Shown here: piece by piece, positions 11,755 to 23,200 of the stretch
Layout of the letters: the number at the start of each line of letters is the position of its first letter
Numbering within the stretch: position 1 is the first letter of the stretch
DNA from: Macrostomum lignano
Lineage: Eukaryota
Length of the DNA: 64,000 bases
Reading direction: 5' to 3'
NCBI GenBank assembly: GCA_002269645.1
Contig: NIVC01000663.1
Coordinates: 1 to 64,000, forward strand
The notes under the pieces: generated by a model
Seen by the model: the letters and a program-made list of their open reading frames with translations, nothing else
What the model was told of the DNA's origin: nothing
The model's database searches: none
Made by a program: the position numbers and the translations under genes

Positions 11755-12085
11755 ATCTACTCACCCATGGCGCCGTGTACTCACCCATGGCGCCGTCTAC
11801 TCACCCATGGCGCCGTCTACTCACCAATGGCGCCATCTACTCACCCGTGGTGCCGTCTACTAACCTATGGCGCCGTCTACTCACCAATGGCGCCATCTAC
11901 TTACCCGTGGCGCCGTCTACTCACCCATGGCGCCATCTACTCACTCATGGCGCCGTCTACTCACCCACGGAGCCGTCTACTCACCCGTGGCGCCGTCTAC
12001 TCACCCATGGCGCCATCTACTCACTCATGGCGCCGTCTACTCACCCACGGAGCCGTCTACTCACCCATGGCGTCATCTACTCATA
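11755..12085. repeat. 20-bp minisatellite TCACCCATGGCGCCGTCTAC (intron 9)
   Basis: Tandem periodicity of 20. Confidence 0.95.
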
Positions 12086-12397
12086 TCGCTACCTAAGCAC
12101 ATGCTGTCGCAATCCTCATATCACTCGATCCCTGCATTTTCATGGCGCCCTCAAAGCAATTGAGATAATTGCTATTCTCACGCTTAACCTGGCCGATTGA
12201 CAGGCCCAGCCTCTATGGCCCGCTCTACCTGCCAACAGCCTGTCAATTACGCTCGTCGTTAATCTGGACGAATTCCCCTGCAGCACCTGCCCTCTTCCCA
12301 AGCTGTAATTCATACCTGTGTCAATAAGTTTAGCGCGGCCAGCCATCCTCAATACAACTGCTTCCTGTTTAACCCTCTCGCCCCCGGGGTTTTGGCA

Positions 12398-12398
<1 letters not shown>

Positions 12399-12452
<54 letters not shown>

Positions 12453-12460
12453 TCTCTCTC
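12399..12460. repeat. (CT)n microsatellite
   Basis: Direct reading. Confidence 0.95.
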
Positions 12461-13665
12461 TGTGGCCTCTCCATCTTCATGCTAGCCAGAAAGCTGCGAG
12501 ACGATATTGGAGAGAGGGGAACTACGGAGAGGAAATCGAGGAAAAACATTTGGTGCTGTCGATGCTGCTGCTTGAATGTCAATCAAGTGCAGCTGATGGG
12601 GAGAGAAGAGTGCGGAGTCTGGATCGCTTCTTCATTTCACAGCGGGGGGCATTATAGCCACTCTATGAGCAACTGAGAGCATCCGTGGAGGAGAGCTTGG
12701 TCCGGTTGTCAGGGGTAACTTTCTCATTGCTGCTCAAGTCTGTTTCCCGTAATGCCACAAACGGTTAAGGCTGTTCCACACTCTCCCCACCCAACTCTCT
12801 CATTTACTCTCGGTTACAAAACAGGTTCATTCAAGTAATGACAAGAGCAAAGCTGGGCGAGAGTGCTAGTGAGTGACCTGCAGTGTTTAAGAAAGAGACA
12901 GTAGTTTGCATTTAACCACACATGTCTCCATGGCGACCTACGCAAGCTTTTTTATGCTGCTGGTTTAACTGTAGGATTACCAAGCCATTTTCCCTGGTTT
13001 ACACCGGCTTTGTAGTCAGTTATTCCGCAGACCTCTGAGCATACAAACGTTCACACAGGGTGTACACAGGGGCCTCCTGACTTTCCATCGTCAGGCAGTG
13101 TACACTCGCTGTGCCATGAGGCCTGGTTTGGCCTCCCTCCCAGTCCTGCCAAACTGGCCATAAACCAGAAACAGATTGAGTGCAAACTGAAATCTCAATG
13201 CCTTGGCAAAACTGGTAAACAGGTAACAGCCGGTGACAAGCTGGCAGTCATTCGTTTACTCGGGGATTTTGGCCTGCGCCCTCCTGGCTGTAGCGGCATG
13301 GGTTTTATTGCCCCGACTGCAGTGTGCCTAAGCTGCAGTCTGCGTGCCCCAAGTCCATGCGCTCTCTACTCATGCATTATGCAAGCGTGCAGGATTAAGG
13401 GAAGAATGACTGAGTAATTGAGGCAGCACGCGGTGCGGAGGGCGTGTCCGAGCTTTCTGCAAGCACTTTCAGCGCGGAGACCCTTGCACTGTTTCTCTAG
13501 TTCTGTAAATCTAGTGGTGTCTTACAGGAAACTGATGATTACTTAATAAATTATTAGTAATATTCAATAAAACATTGATAGTGAGTACTGATGAGTCACA
13601 TGCTTTATTTGTCCTGCTGCAGTTTTGAGGTTGTAAACTGGTTCAAGCTGAGTCAGAGCTGTTGC

Positions 13666-14115
13666 CTGAAGGATCCAGATAATCCTCTGAAGGATCCAGA
13701 TAATCCTCTGAAGGATCCAGATAATCCACTGAAGGATCCAGATAATCCTCTGAAGGATCCAGATAATCCTCTGAAGGATCCAGATAATCCCCTGAAGGAT
13801 CCAGATAATCCTCTGAAGGATCCAGATAATCTACTGAAGGATCCAGATAATCCCCTGAAGGATCCAGATAATCCACTGAAGGATCCAGATAATCCTCTGA
13901 AGGATCCAGATAATCTACTGAAGGATCCAGATAATCCCCTGAAGGATCCAGATAATCCACTGAAGGATCCAGATAATCCCCTGAAGGATCCAGATAATCC
14001 ACTGAAGGATCCAGATAATCCTCTGAAGGATCCAGATAATCCACTGAAGGATCCAGATAATCCCCTGAAGGATCCAGATAATCCACTGAAGGATCCAGTC
14101 AATTCTCTGAAAGAC
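13666..14115. repeat. 21-bp minisatellite CTGAAGGATCCAGATAATCC(T/A/C) (3' part of intron 9)
   Basis: Tandem periodicity of 21; source of the KDPDNPL pseudo-ORF. Confidence 0.95.
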
Positions 14116-14210
14116 ATGAAGCTTCTTTAAAGGCCAAACAAGACGCTGTATTTAATTTGAAAAAAGTGTCTTCTTGGAGAAAAGTAAAAGTACAAAGCCA
14201 TCCACCGCAG

Positions 14211-14372
14211 GTATTCGCCAAGGAGCTGTACACCTCTGAGAAGTTTCGCAGCGACAACGCTAGCGTGCTGGTAATCCTGTCGGATGCCAACGACAACAGC
14301 CCGCTGTTCACCGCGGCGCAGTACAACTTCAGCGTGTCCGAGGCCGCACCCGTGGGCACTGTGATCGGTCAG
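14211..14372 (+). CDS. Cadherin exon 10 (LSDANDNSPLF...VSEAAPVGTVIGQ)
   Basis: CGCAG acceptor, GTGAGT donor, phase 0-0. Confidence 0.92.
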
Positions 14373-14407
14373 GTGAGTTGACTACCCTCCTTTTCTGCTG
14401 GGCTTTC

Positions 14408-14820
14408 CTACTCCCTACTCCCTGAAGGATTCACATACTCCCTGAAGGATCCACCTACTCCCTGAAGGATCCACCTACTCCCTGAAGGATTCACATACTC
14501 CCTGAAGGATCCACCTACTCCCTGAAGGATCCACCTACTCCCTGATGAATTCACCTTCTCCCTGAAGGATCCACCTACTCCCTGAAGGATCCACCTACTC
14601 CCTGAAGGATCCACCTACTCCCTGAAGGACCCACCTACTCCCTGAAGGATCCACCTACTCCCTGAAGGATCCACCTTACTCCCTGAAGGACCCACCTACT
14701 CCCTGAAGGATTCACCTACTCCCTGAAGTACCCACCTACTCCCTGAAGGACCCACCTACTCCCTGAAGGATCCACCTACTCCCTGAAGGACCCACCTACT
14801 CCCTGAAGGATCTACCTACA
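14408..14820. repeat. 20-bp minisatellite CCTGAAGGATCCACCTACTC (intron 10)
   Basis: Tandem periodicity of 20. Confidence 0.95.
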
Positions 14821-15382
14821 TCCTTTATATATTCTTCATCAGTGCTAGACTACCTAGTACTTCAATAATTTCATACTGTAGTCAGACTGAAGTCGGACTC
14901 ACTGTTAAAAGTACATTCAGCAACCGCTGAAAGAGAGCAATTGTGGCGCGGGAGGCGGATCCCACGGGGCCAGTCACCTTTCAATTCAGTCAAATAATGG
15001 CAGTGAGTAGCAGGATGCTAAAGCCGTCACAATATTGGCCGGCGTTGCCGGGGGGGGGGAGAAGGGCAGAGGCCGGAGACTGCATAGCAACCCAGGAGGA
15101 AGAGAATAAGTGGAGCTAAAGTGTCAGGAAAGACAGGCTGAGAAAGGCCTGACAGCCTCTTGTGGTTGGTGGTGGCGGGCAAAAGGCTGTCTGACTAAGG
15201 AGCCGAAAGCACTTTGCTGCTTTTCTTTGAGGCCTGTCGATTCTTTTGGAGCTGAAATTCAATCATGCGCCAATATTGACTGAAATATGCTGCCTGGGGT
15301 TGGTAGGATATGAAATTTTTAGACTTTTGTGGCACTAACTTTTTTTGTTAAATTAATTTATTGTTTGAGATGGGTGTCAAAG

Positions 15383-15650
15383 CGGAGTGGGTGTCGGAGT
15401 GGGGTGGGTGGCGGAGTGGGGTTGGTGTCGGAGTGGGGTGGGTGTCGGAGTGGGGTTGGTGTCGGAGTGGGGTGGGTGTCGGAGTGGAGGGGTGTTGGAG
15501 TGGAGGGGTGTCGGAGTGGGGTGGGTGTCGGAGTGGGGTGGGTGTCAGAGTGGAGTTCGCGTCAGAGTGAGGTGGGTGTCGGAGTGGGGTGGGTTTCGGA
15601 GTAGGATGGGTGTCATAGTGGGGTGGGTGTCGGAGTGGGGTGGATGTCGA
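15383..15650. repeat. G-rich 17/23-bp repeat GGAGTGGGGTGGGTGTC (intron 10); same family as 57865-58100 and 58455-58772
   Basis: Direct reading; G-tracts compatible with G-quadruplex formation. Confidence 0.9.
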
Positions 15651-15694
15651 AAAACCGAACCAACAAAATTCTGACTCTCATGCGCTCACCTCAG

Positions 15695-16039
15695 GTGAAC
15701 GCCACGGACACGGACTCTGGGCCCAACGGGCAGATAAAGTTCAGCCTGACGCACGCCTCCGGCAACGGACTGAGCGTGATGAGCCTCGACCCGAGCACCG
15801 GGGCGCTCGCACTGTCGGCAAATTTGTCCATCGCCAATCCGACATTTGTGGCATTCTACCAGCTGGTGGCCACCGCAACCGATCAGGCGGCCGAGATCAA
15901 AGACCGGCGGTCAACTTCGGTAATTGTGCAGGTGACCATCATCAGCTCGAGAGTCTGGCCGCCCGCGTTCACCAGGCCGCTGTTTGCCGTCAACATCACC
16001 GAGGCGTCGCCGGTTGGCGCGGAGGTGGTCCGGCTGACG
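15695..16039 (+). CDS. Cadherin exon 11 (EC5/EC6)
   Basis: CTCAG acceptor, VNATDTDSGPNGQI...ITEASPVGAEVVRLT, donor GTGAGG. Confidence 0.92.
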
Positions 16040-16054
16040 GTGAGGCTGGGTTTG

Positions 16055-16760
16055 GAATGATGAAGCTGAATCAAGAAGCTGGGGTCATAAATCTGGGTGA
16101 TTAAGCTGGTTTGATGAAGCTGAATCAAGAAGCTGGGGTCATAAATCTGGGTGATTAAGCTGGTTTGATGAAGCTGAATCAAGAAGCTGGGGTCATAAAT
16201 CTGGGTGATTAAGCTGGTTTGATGAAGCTGAATCAAGAAGCTGGGGTCATAAATCTGGGTGATTAAGCTGGTTTGATGAAGCTAGAATTATGAAGCTGGG
16301 TTGGTGAAGCTGGGGTAGTAAAGCTGGGATGATGAAGCTGGGATGATGAAGTTGGAGTGATGGAGCTGAGATTATGCAGCTAGAATGATGAAGCTGGGAT
16401 GATGAAGCTGGGATGATGAAGCTGAGATCATGAAACTATGATCATGAAACTGGGATCATGAAGCTGGGTGAGGAAGCAGGGATCATGGAGCTAGGATAAT
16501 GAAGCTGGGATGATGAAGTTAGGATGATGAAGCTGGGATGATGAAGCTGAGGTCATGAAACTATGATCATGAAACTGGGATCATGAAGCTGGGTGAGGAA
16601 GCAGGGATCATGGAGCTAGGATAATGAAGCTGGGATGATGAAGTTAGGATGATGAAGCTGGTATGATGAAGCTGGAGTGATGAGCTGAGATCATGAAGCT
16701 AGGATTTTGAAGCTGGGAGAATGAAGTTGGAATGATGAAGCTATAGATGAAGAAGCTGGG
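16055..16760. repeat. Compound repeat: four 54-bp units then about 13-bp GATGAAGCTG-based units (intron 11)
   Basis: Direct reading. Confidence 0.9.
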
Positions 16761-16952
16761 AGAATGGAGCTTCCCCTATTAAAGCTGAGATGATTAAACA
16801 GGCATGATAAATCTGTGATGAAGCAGAAATGATCCAGACTGAGTAAATATAGTTATATGCCAGCTTCATAATGTGTGTTTAGTAAGTTCTGCGTTACTTT
16901 TCCCTTCTGAGCATTCACCAAACAGCGGCCCACTCGCACACTCAACTCCAAG

Positions 16953-17038
16953 GCCACTGACCGGGACCCCGACACAGTGCTGACTTACTCGCTTGTCTCA
17001 GGCAGCGACAAGTTCTCGGTTGCCAGCTCCGCCAATGA
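16953..17038 (+). CDS. Cadherin exon 12 (ATDRDPDTVLTYSLVSGSDKFSV)
   Basis: CCAAG acceptor, GTGAGA donor, phase 0-2. Confidence 0.88.
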
Positions 17039-17121
17039 GTGAGATTGATCATTAATAAACTATTGGTTTTAGTTTTATAACAAACTCTTTCAATGCAAAT
17101 TTACCTTTAAAAACCTTTCAG

Positions 17122-17206
17122 AGGCCTTGTCCGTGTGGCTGCGCTGTTAGACAGAGAGACTGTTGACTTTTATAACCTGACGGCTGTCGTTTCTGATGGG
17201 ACCAAG
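17122..17206 (+). CDS. Cadherin exon 13 (GLVRVAALLDRETVDFYNLTAVVSDGTK)
   Basis: TTCAG acceptor, phase 2-0, LDRE motif. The weak donor GTGACC is inferred from the join SDGTK|TATALV. Confidence 0.85.
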
Positions 17207-17244
17207 GTGACCGGAACTTATGGTTCACTTTTTCGGTTGTGAAG

Positions 17245-20200
17245 AGACTATTAGTTTGTAGAAAGTGAAGATTAGTATGTAGAAAGTGCCTATTAGTATG
17301 TAGAAAGTGACTATTAGTATGTAGAAAGGGACTATTAGTATGTAGAAAGGGACTATTAGTATGTAGAAAGTGACTATTAGTATGTAGAAAGGGACTATTA
17401 GTATGTAGAAAGTGACTATTAGTATGTAGAAAGGGACTATTAGTATGTAGAAAGTGACTATTAGTATGTAGAAAGTGAAGATTAGTATGTAGAAAGTGAC
17501 TATTAGTATGTAGAAAAGTGAAGATTAGTATGTAGAAAGTGAAGATTAGTATGTAGAAAGGGACTATTAGTATGTAGAAAGTGAAGATTAGTATGTAGAA
17601 AGTGACTATTAGTATGTAGAAAAGTGAAGATTAGTATGTAGAAAGTGAAGATTAGTATGTAGAAAGGGACTATTAGTATGTAGAAAGGGACTATTAGTAT
17701 GTAGGAAGGGACTATTAGTATGTAGAAAGGGACTATTAGTATGTAGGAAGGGACTATTAGTATGTAGAAAGGGACTATTAGTATGTAGAAAGTGACTATT
17801 AGTATGTAGAAAAGTGAAGATTAGTATGTAGAAAGTGAAGATTAGTATGTAGAAAGGGACTATTAGTATGTAGAAAGTGCCTATTAGTATGTAGAAAGTG
17901 ACTATTAGTATGTAGAAAAGTGAAGATTAGTATGTAGAAAGGGACTATTAGTATGTAGAAAGGGATTATTAGTATGCAGAAAGGGACTATAAGTATGTAG
18001 AAAGGGACTATTAGTATGTAGAAAGTGAAGATTAGTATGTAGAAAGGGACTATTAGTATGTAGAAAGTGACTATTAGTATGTAGAAAAGTGAAGATTAGT
18101 ATGTAGAAAGTGAAGATTAGTATGTAGAAGGGGACTATTAGTATGTAGAAAGTGACTATTAGTATGTAGAAAAGTGAAGATTAGTATGTAGAAAAGTGAA
18201 GATTAGTATGTAGAAAGTGAAGATGAGTATGTAGAAAGGGACTATTAGTATGTAGAAAAGTGAAGATTAGTATGTAGAAAAGTGAAGATTAGTATGTAGA
18301 AAGTGAAGATTAGTATGTAGAAAGGGACTATTAGTATGTAGAAAGTGACTATTAGTATGTAGAAAAGTGAAGATTAGTATGTAGAAAGTGAAGATTAGTA
18401 TGTAGAAAGGGACTATTAGTATGTAGAAAGTGACTATTAGTATGTAGAAAAGTGAAGATTAGTATGTAGAAAGTGAAGATTAGTATGTAGAAAGGGACTA
18501 TTAGTATGTAGAAAGTGAAGATTAGTATGTAGAAAGTGACTATTAGTATGTAGAAAAGTGAAGATTAGTATGTAGAAAGTGAAGATTAGTATGTAGAAAG
18601 GGACTATTAGTATGTAGAAAGGGACTATTAGTATGTAGGAAGGGACTATTAGTATGTAGAAAGGGACTATTAGTATGTAGGAAGGGACTATTAGTATGTA
18701 GAAAGGGACTATTAGTATGTAGAAAGTGACTATTAGTATGTAGAAAAGTGAAGATTAGTATGTAGAAAGTGAAGATTAGTATGTAGAAAGGGACTATTAG
18801 TATGTAGAAAGTGCCTATTAGTATGTAGAAAGTGACTATTAGTATGTAGAAAAGTGAAGATTAGTATGTAGAAAGGGACTATTAGTATGTAGAAAGGGAT
18901 TATTAGTATGCAGAAAGGGACTATAAGTATGTAGAAAGGGACTATTAGTATGTAGAAAGTGAAGATTAGTATGTAGAAAGGGACTATTAGTATGTAGAAA
19001 GTGACTATTAGTATGTAGAAAAGTGAAGATTAGTATGTAGAAAGTGAAGATTAGTATGTAGAAGGGGACTATTAGTATGTAGAAAGTGACTATTAGTATG
19101 TAGAAAAGTGAAGATTAGTATGTAGAAAGTGAAGATGAGTATGTAGAAAGGGACTATTAGTATGTAGAAAGTGACTATTAGTATGTAGAAAAGTGAAGAT
19201 TAGTATGTAGAAAGTGAAGATTAGTTTGTAGAAAGGGACTATTAGTATGTAGAAAGTGACTATTAGTATGTAGAAAAGTGAAGATTAGTATGTAGAAAGT
19301 GAAGATTAGTATGTAGAAAGGGACTATTAGTATGTAGAAAGTGAAGATTAGTATGTAGAAAGTGACTATTAGTATGTAGAAAAGTGAAGATTAGTATGTA
19401 GAAAGTGAAGATTAGTATGTAGAAAGAGACTATTAGTATGTAGAAAGGGACTATTAGTATGTAGGAAGGGACTATTAGTATGTAGAAAGGGACTATTAGT
19501 ATGTAGGAAGGGACTATTAGTATGTAGAAAGGGACTATTAGTATGTAGAAAGTGACTATTAGTATGTAGAAAAGTGAAGATTAGTATGTAGAAAGTGAAG
19601 ATTAGTATGTAGAAAGGGACTATTAGTATGTAGAAAGTGCCTATTAGTATGTAGAAAGTGACTATTAGTATGTAGAAAAGTGAAGATTAGTATGTAGAAA
19701 GGGACTATTAGTATGTAGAAAGGGATTATTAGTATGCAGAAAGGGACTATAAGTATGTAGAAAGGGACTATTAGTATGTAGAAAGTGAAGATTAGTATGT
19801 AGAAAGGGACTATTAGTATGTAGAAAGTGACTATTAGTATGTAGAAAAGTGAAGATTAGTATGTAGAAAGTGAAGATTAGTATGTAGAAGGGGACTATTA
19901 GTATGTAGAAAGTGACTATTAGTATGTAGAAAAGTGAAGATTAGTATGTAGAAAAGTGAAGATTAGTATGTAGAAAGTGAAGATGAGTATGTAGAAAGGG
20001 ACTATTAGTATGTAGAAAGTGAAGATTAGTATGTAGAAAGGGACTATTAGTATGTAGAAAGGGACTATTAGTGTGTAGAAAGGGACTATTAGTATGTAGA
20101 AAGGGACTATTAGCATGTAGAAAGGGACTATTAGTATGTAGAAAGTGACTATAAGTATGTAGAAAGGGACTATTAGTATGTAGAAAGTGAAGATTAGAAT

Positions 20201-23200
20201 GTAGAAAGGGACTATTAGTATGTAGGAAGGGACTATTAGTATGTAGAAAGGGACTATTAGTATGTAGGAAGGGACTATTAGTATGTAGAAAGGGACTATT
20301 AGTATGTAGAAAGTGACTATTAGTATGTAGAAAAGTGAAGATTAGTATGTAGAAAGTGAAGATTAGTATGTAGAAAGGGACTATTAGTATGTAGAAAGTG
20401 CCTATTAGTATGTAGAAAGTGACTATTAGTATGTAGAAAAGTGAAGATTAGTATGTAGAAAGGGACTATTAGTATGTAGAAAGGGATTATTAGTATGCAG
20501 AAAGGGACTATAAGTATGTAGAAAGGGACTATTAGTATGTAGAAAGTGAAGATTAGTATGTAGAAAGGGACTATTAGTATGTAGAAAGTGACTATTAGTA
20601 TGTAGAAAAGTGAAGATTAGTATGTAGAAAGTGAAGATTAGTATGTAGAAGGGGACTATTAGTATGTAGAAAGTGACTATTAGTATGTAGAAAAGTGAAG
20701 ATTAGTATGTAGAAAAGTGAAGATTAGTATGTAGAAAGTGAAGATGAGTATGTAGAAAGGGACTATTAGTATGTAGAAAGTGACTATTAGTATGTAGAAA
20801 AGTGAAGATTAGTATGTAGAAAGTGAAGATTAGTATGTAGAAAGGGACTATTAGTATGTAGAAAGTGACTATTAGTATGTAGAAAAGTGAAGATTAGTAT
20901 GTAGAAAGTGAAGATTAGTATGTAGAAAGGGACTATTAGTATGTAGAAAGTGACTATTAGTATGTAGAATAGTTAAGATTAGTATGTAGAAAAGTGAAGA
21001 TTAGTATGTAGAAAGTGAAGATTAGTATGTAGAAAGTGAAGATTAGTATGTAGAAAGGGACTATTAGTATGTAGAAAGTGACTATTAGTATGTAGAAAAG
21101 TGAAGTTTAGTATGTAGAAAAGTGAAGATTAGTATGTAGAAAGTGAAGATTAGTATGTAGAAAGGGACTATTAGTATGTAGAAAGGGACTATTAGTCTGC
21201 AGGAAAGGACTATTAGTATGTAGAAAGGGACTATTAGTATGTAGAAAGTGAAGATTAGTATGTAGAAAGGGACTATTAGTATGTAGAAAGTGACTATTAG
21301 TATGTAGAAAAGTGAAGATTAGTATGTAGAAAGTGAAGATTAGTATGTAGAAGGGGACTATTAGTATGTAGAAAGTGACTATTAGTATGTAGAAAAGTGA
21401 AGATTAGTATGTAGAAAAGTGAAGATTAGTATGTAGAAAGTGAAGATGAGTATGTAGAAAGGGACTATTAGTATGTAGAAAAGTGAAGATTAGTATGTAG
21501 AAAAGTGAAGATTAGTATGTAGAAAGTGAAGATTAGTATGTAGAAAGGGACTATTAGTATGTAGAAAGTGACTATTAGTATGTAGAAAAGTGAAGATTAG
21601 TATGTAGAAAGTGAAGATTAGTATGTAGAAAGGGACTATTAGTATGTAGAAAGTGACTATTAGTATGTAGAAAAGTGAAGATTAGTATGTAGAAAGTGAA
21701 GATTAGTATGTAGAAAGGGACTATTAGTATGTAGAAAGTGAAGATTAGTATGTAGAAAGTGACTATTAGTATGTAGAAAAGTGAAGATTAGTATGTAGAA
21801 AGTGAAGATTAGTATGTAGAAAGGGACTATTAGTATGTAGAAAGGGACTATTAGTATGTAGGAAGGGACTATTAGTATGTAGAAAGGGACTATTAGTATG
21901 TAGGAAGGGACTATTAGTATGTAGAAAGGGACTATTAGTATGTAGAAAGGGACTATTAGTATGTAGAAAAGTGAAGATTAGTATGTAGAAAGGGACTATT
22001 AGTATGTAGAAAGGGATTATTAGTATGTAGAAAGGGACTATTAGTATGTAGAAAGGGACTATTAGTATGTAGAAAGTGAAGATTAGTATGTAGAAAGGGA
22101 CTATTAGTATGTAGAAAGGGACTATTAGTGTAGAAAGGGACTATTAGTATGTAGAAAGGGACTATTAGCATGTAGAAAGGGACTATTAGTATGTAGAAAG
22201 TGACTATAGTATGTAGAAAGGGACTATTAGTATGTAGAAAGTGAAGATTAGATGTAGAAAGGGACTATTAGTATGTAGAAAGGGACTATTAGTATGTAGA
22301 AAGGGACTATTAGTATGTAGAAAGGGACTATTAGCATGTAAAAAGGGACTATTAGTATGTAGAAAGTGAAGATTAGAATGAAAAAGGGACTATTAGTATG
22401 TAGAAAGGGACTATTAGTATGTAGAAAGGGACTATTAGTATGTAGAAAGGGACTATTAGTATGTAGAAAGGGACTATTAGTATGTAGAAAGGGACTATTA
22501 GTATGTAGGAAGGGACTATTAGTATGTAGAAAATGACTGTTAGTATGTAGAAAAGTGAAGATTAGTATGTAGAAAGTGAAGATTAGTATGTAGAAAGGGA
22601 CTATTAGTATGTAGAAAGTGACTATTAGTATGTAGAAAAGTGAAGATTAGTATGTAGAAAGTGAAGATTAGTATGTAGAAAGGGACTATTAGTATGTAGA
22701 AAGTGACTATTAGTATGTAGAAAAGTGAAGATTAGTATGTAGAAAGTGAAGATTAGTATGTAGAAAGGGACTATTAGTATGTAGAAAAGTGAAGATTAGT
22801 ATGTAGAAAGTGACTATTAGTATGTAGAAAAGTGAAGATTAGTATGTAGAAAGTGAAGATTAGTATGTAGAAAGGGACTATTAGTATGTAGAAAGTGACT
22901 ATTAGTATGTAGAAAAGTGAAGATTAGTATGTAGAAAGGGACTATTAGTATGTAGAAAGGGATTATTAGTATGCAGAAAGGGACTATAGTATGTAGAAAG
23001 GGACTATTAGTATGTAGAAAGTGAAGATTAGTATGTAGAAAGGGACTATTAGTATGTAGAAAGTGACTATTAGTATGTAGAAAAGTGAAGATTAGTATGT
23101 AGAAAGTGAAGATTAGTATGTAGAAGGGACTATTAGTATGTAGAAAGTGACTATTAGTATGTAGAAAAGTGAAGATTAGTATGTAGAAAAGTGAAGATTA

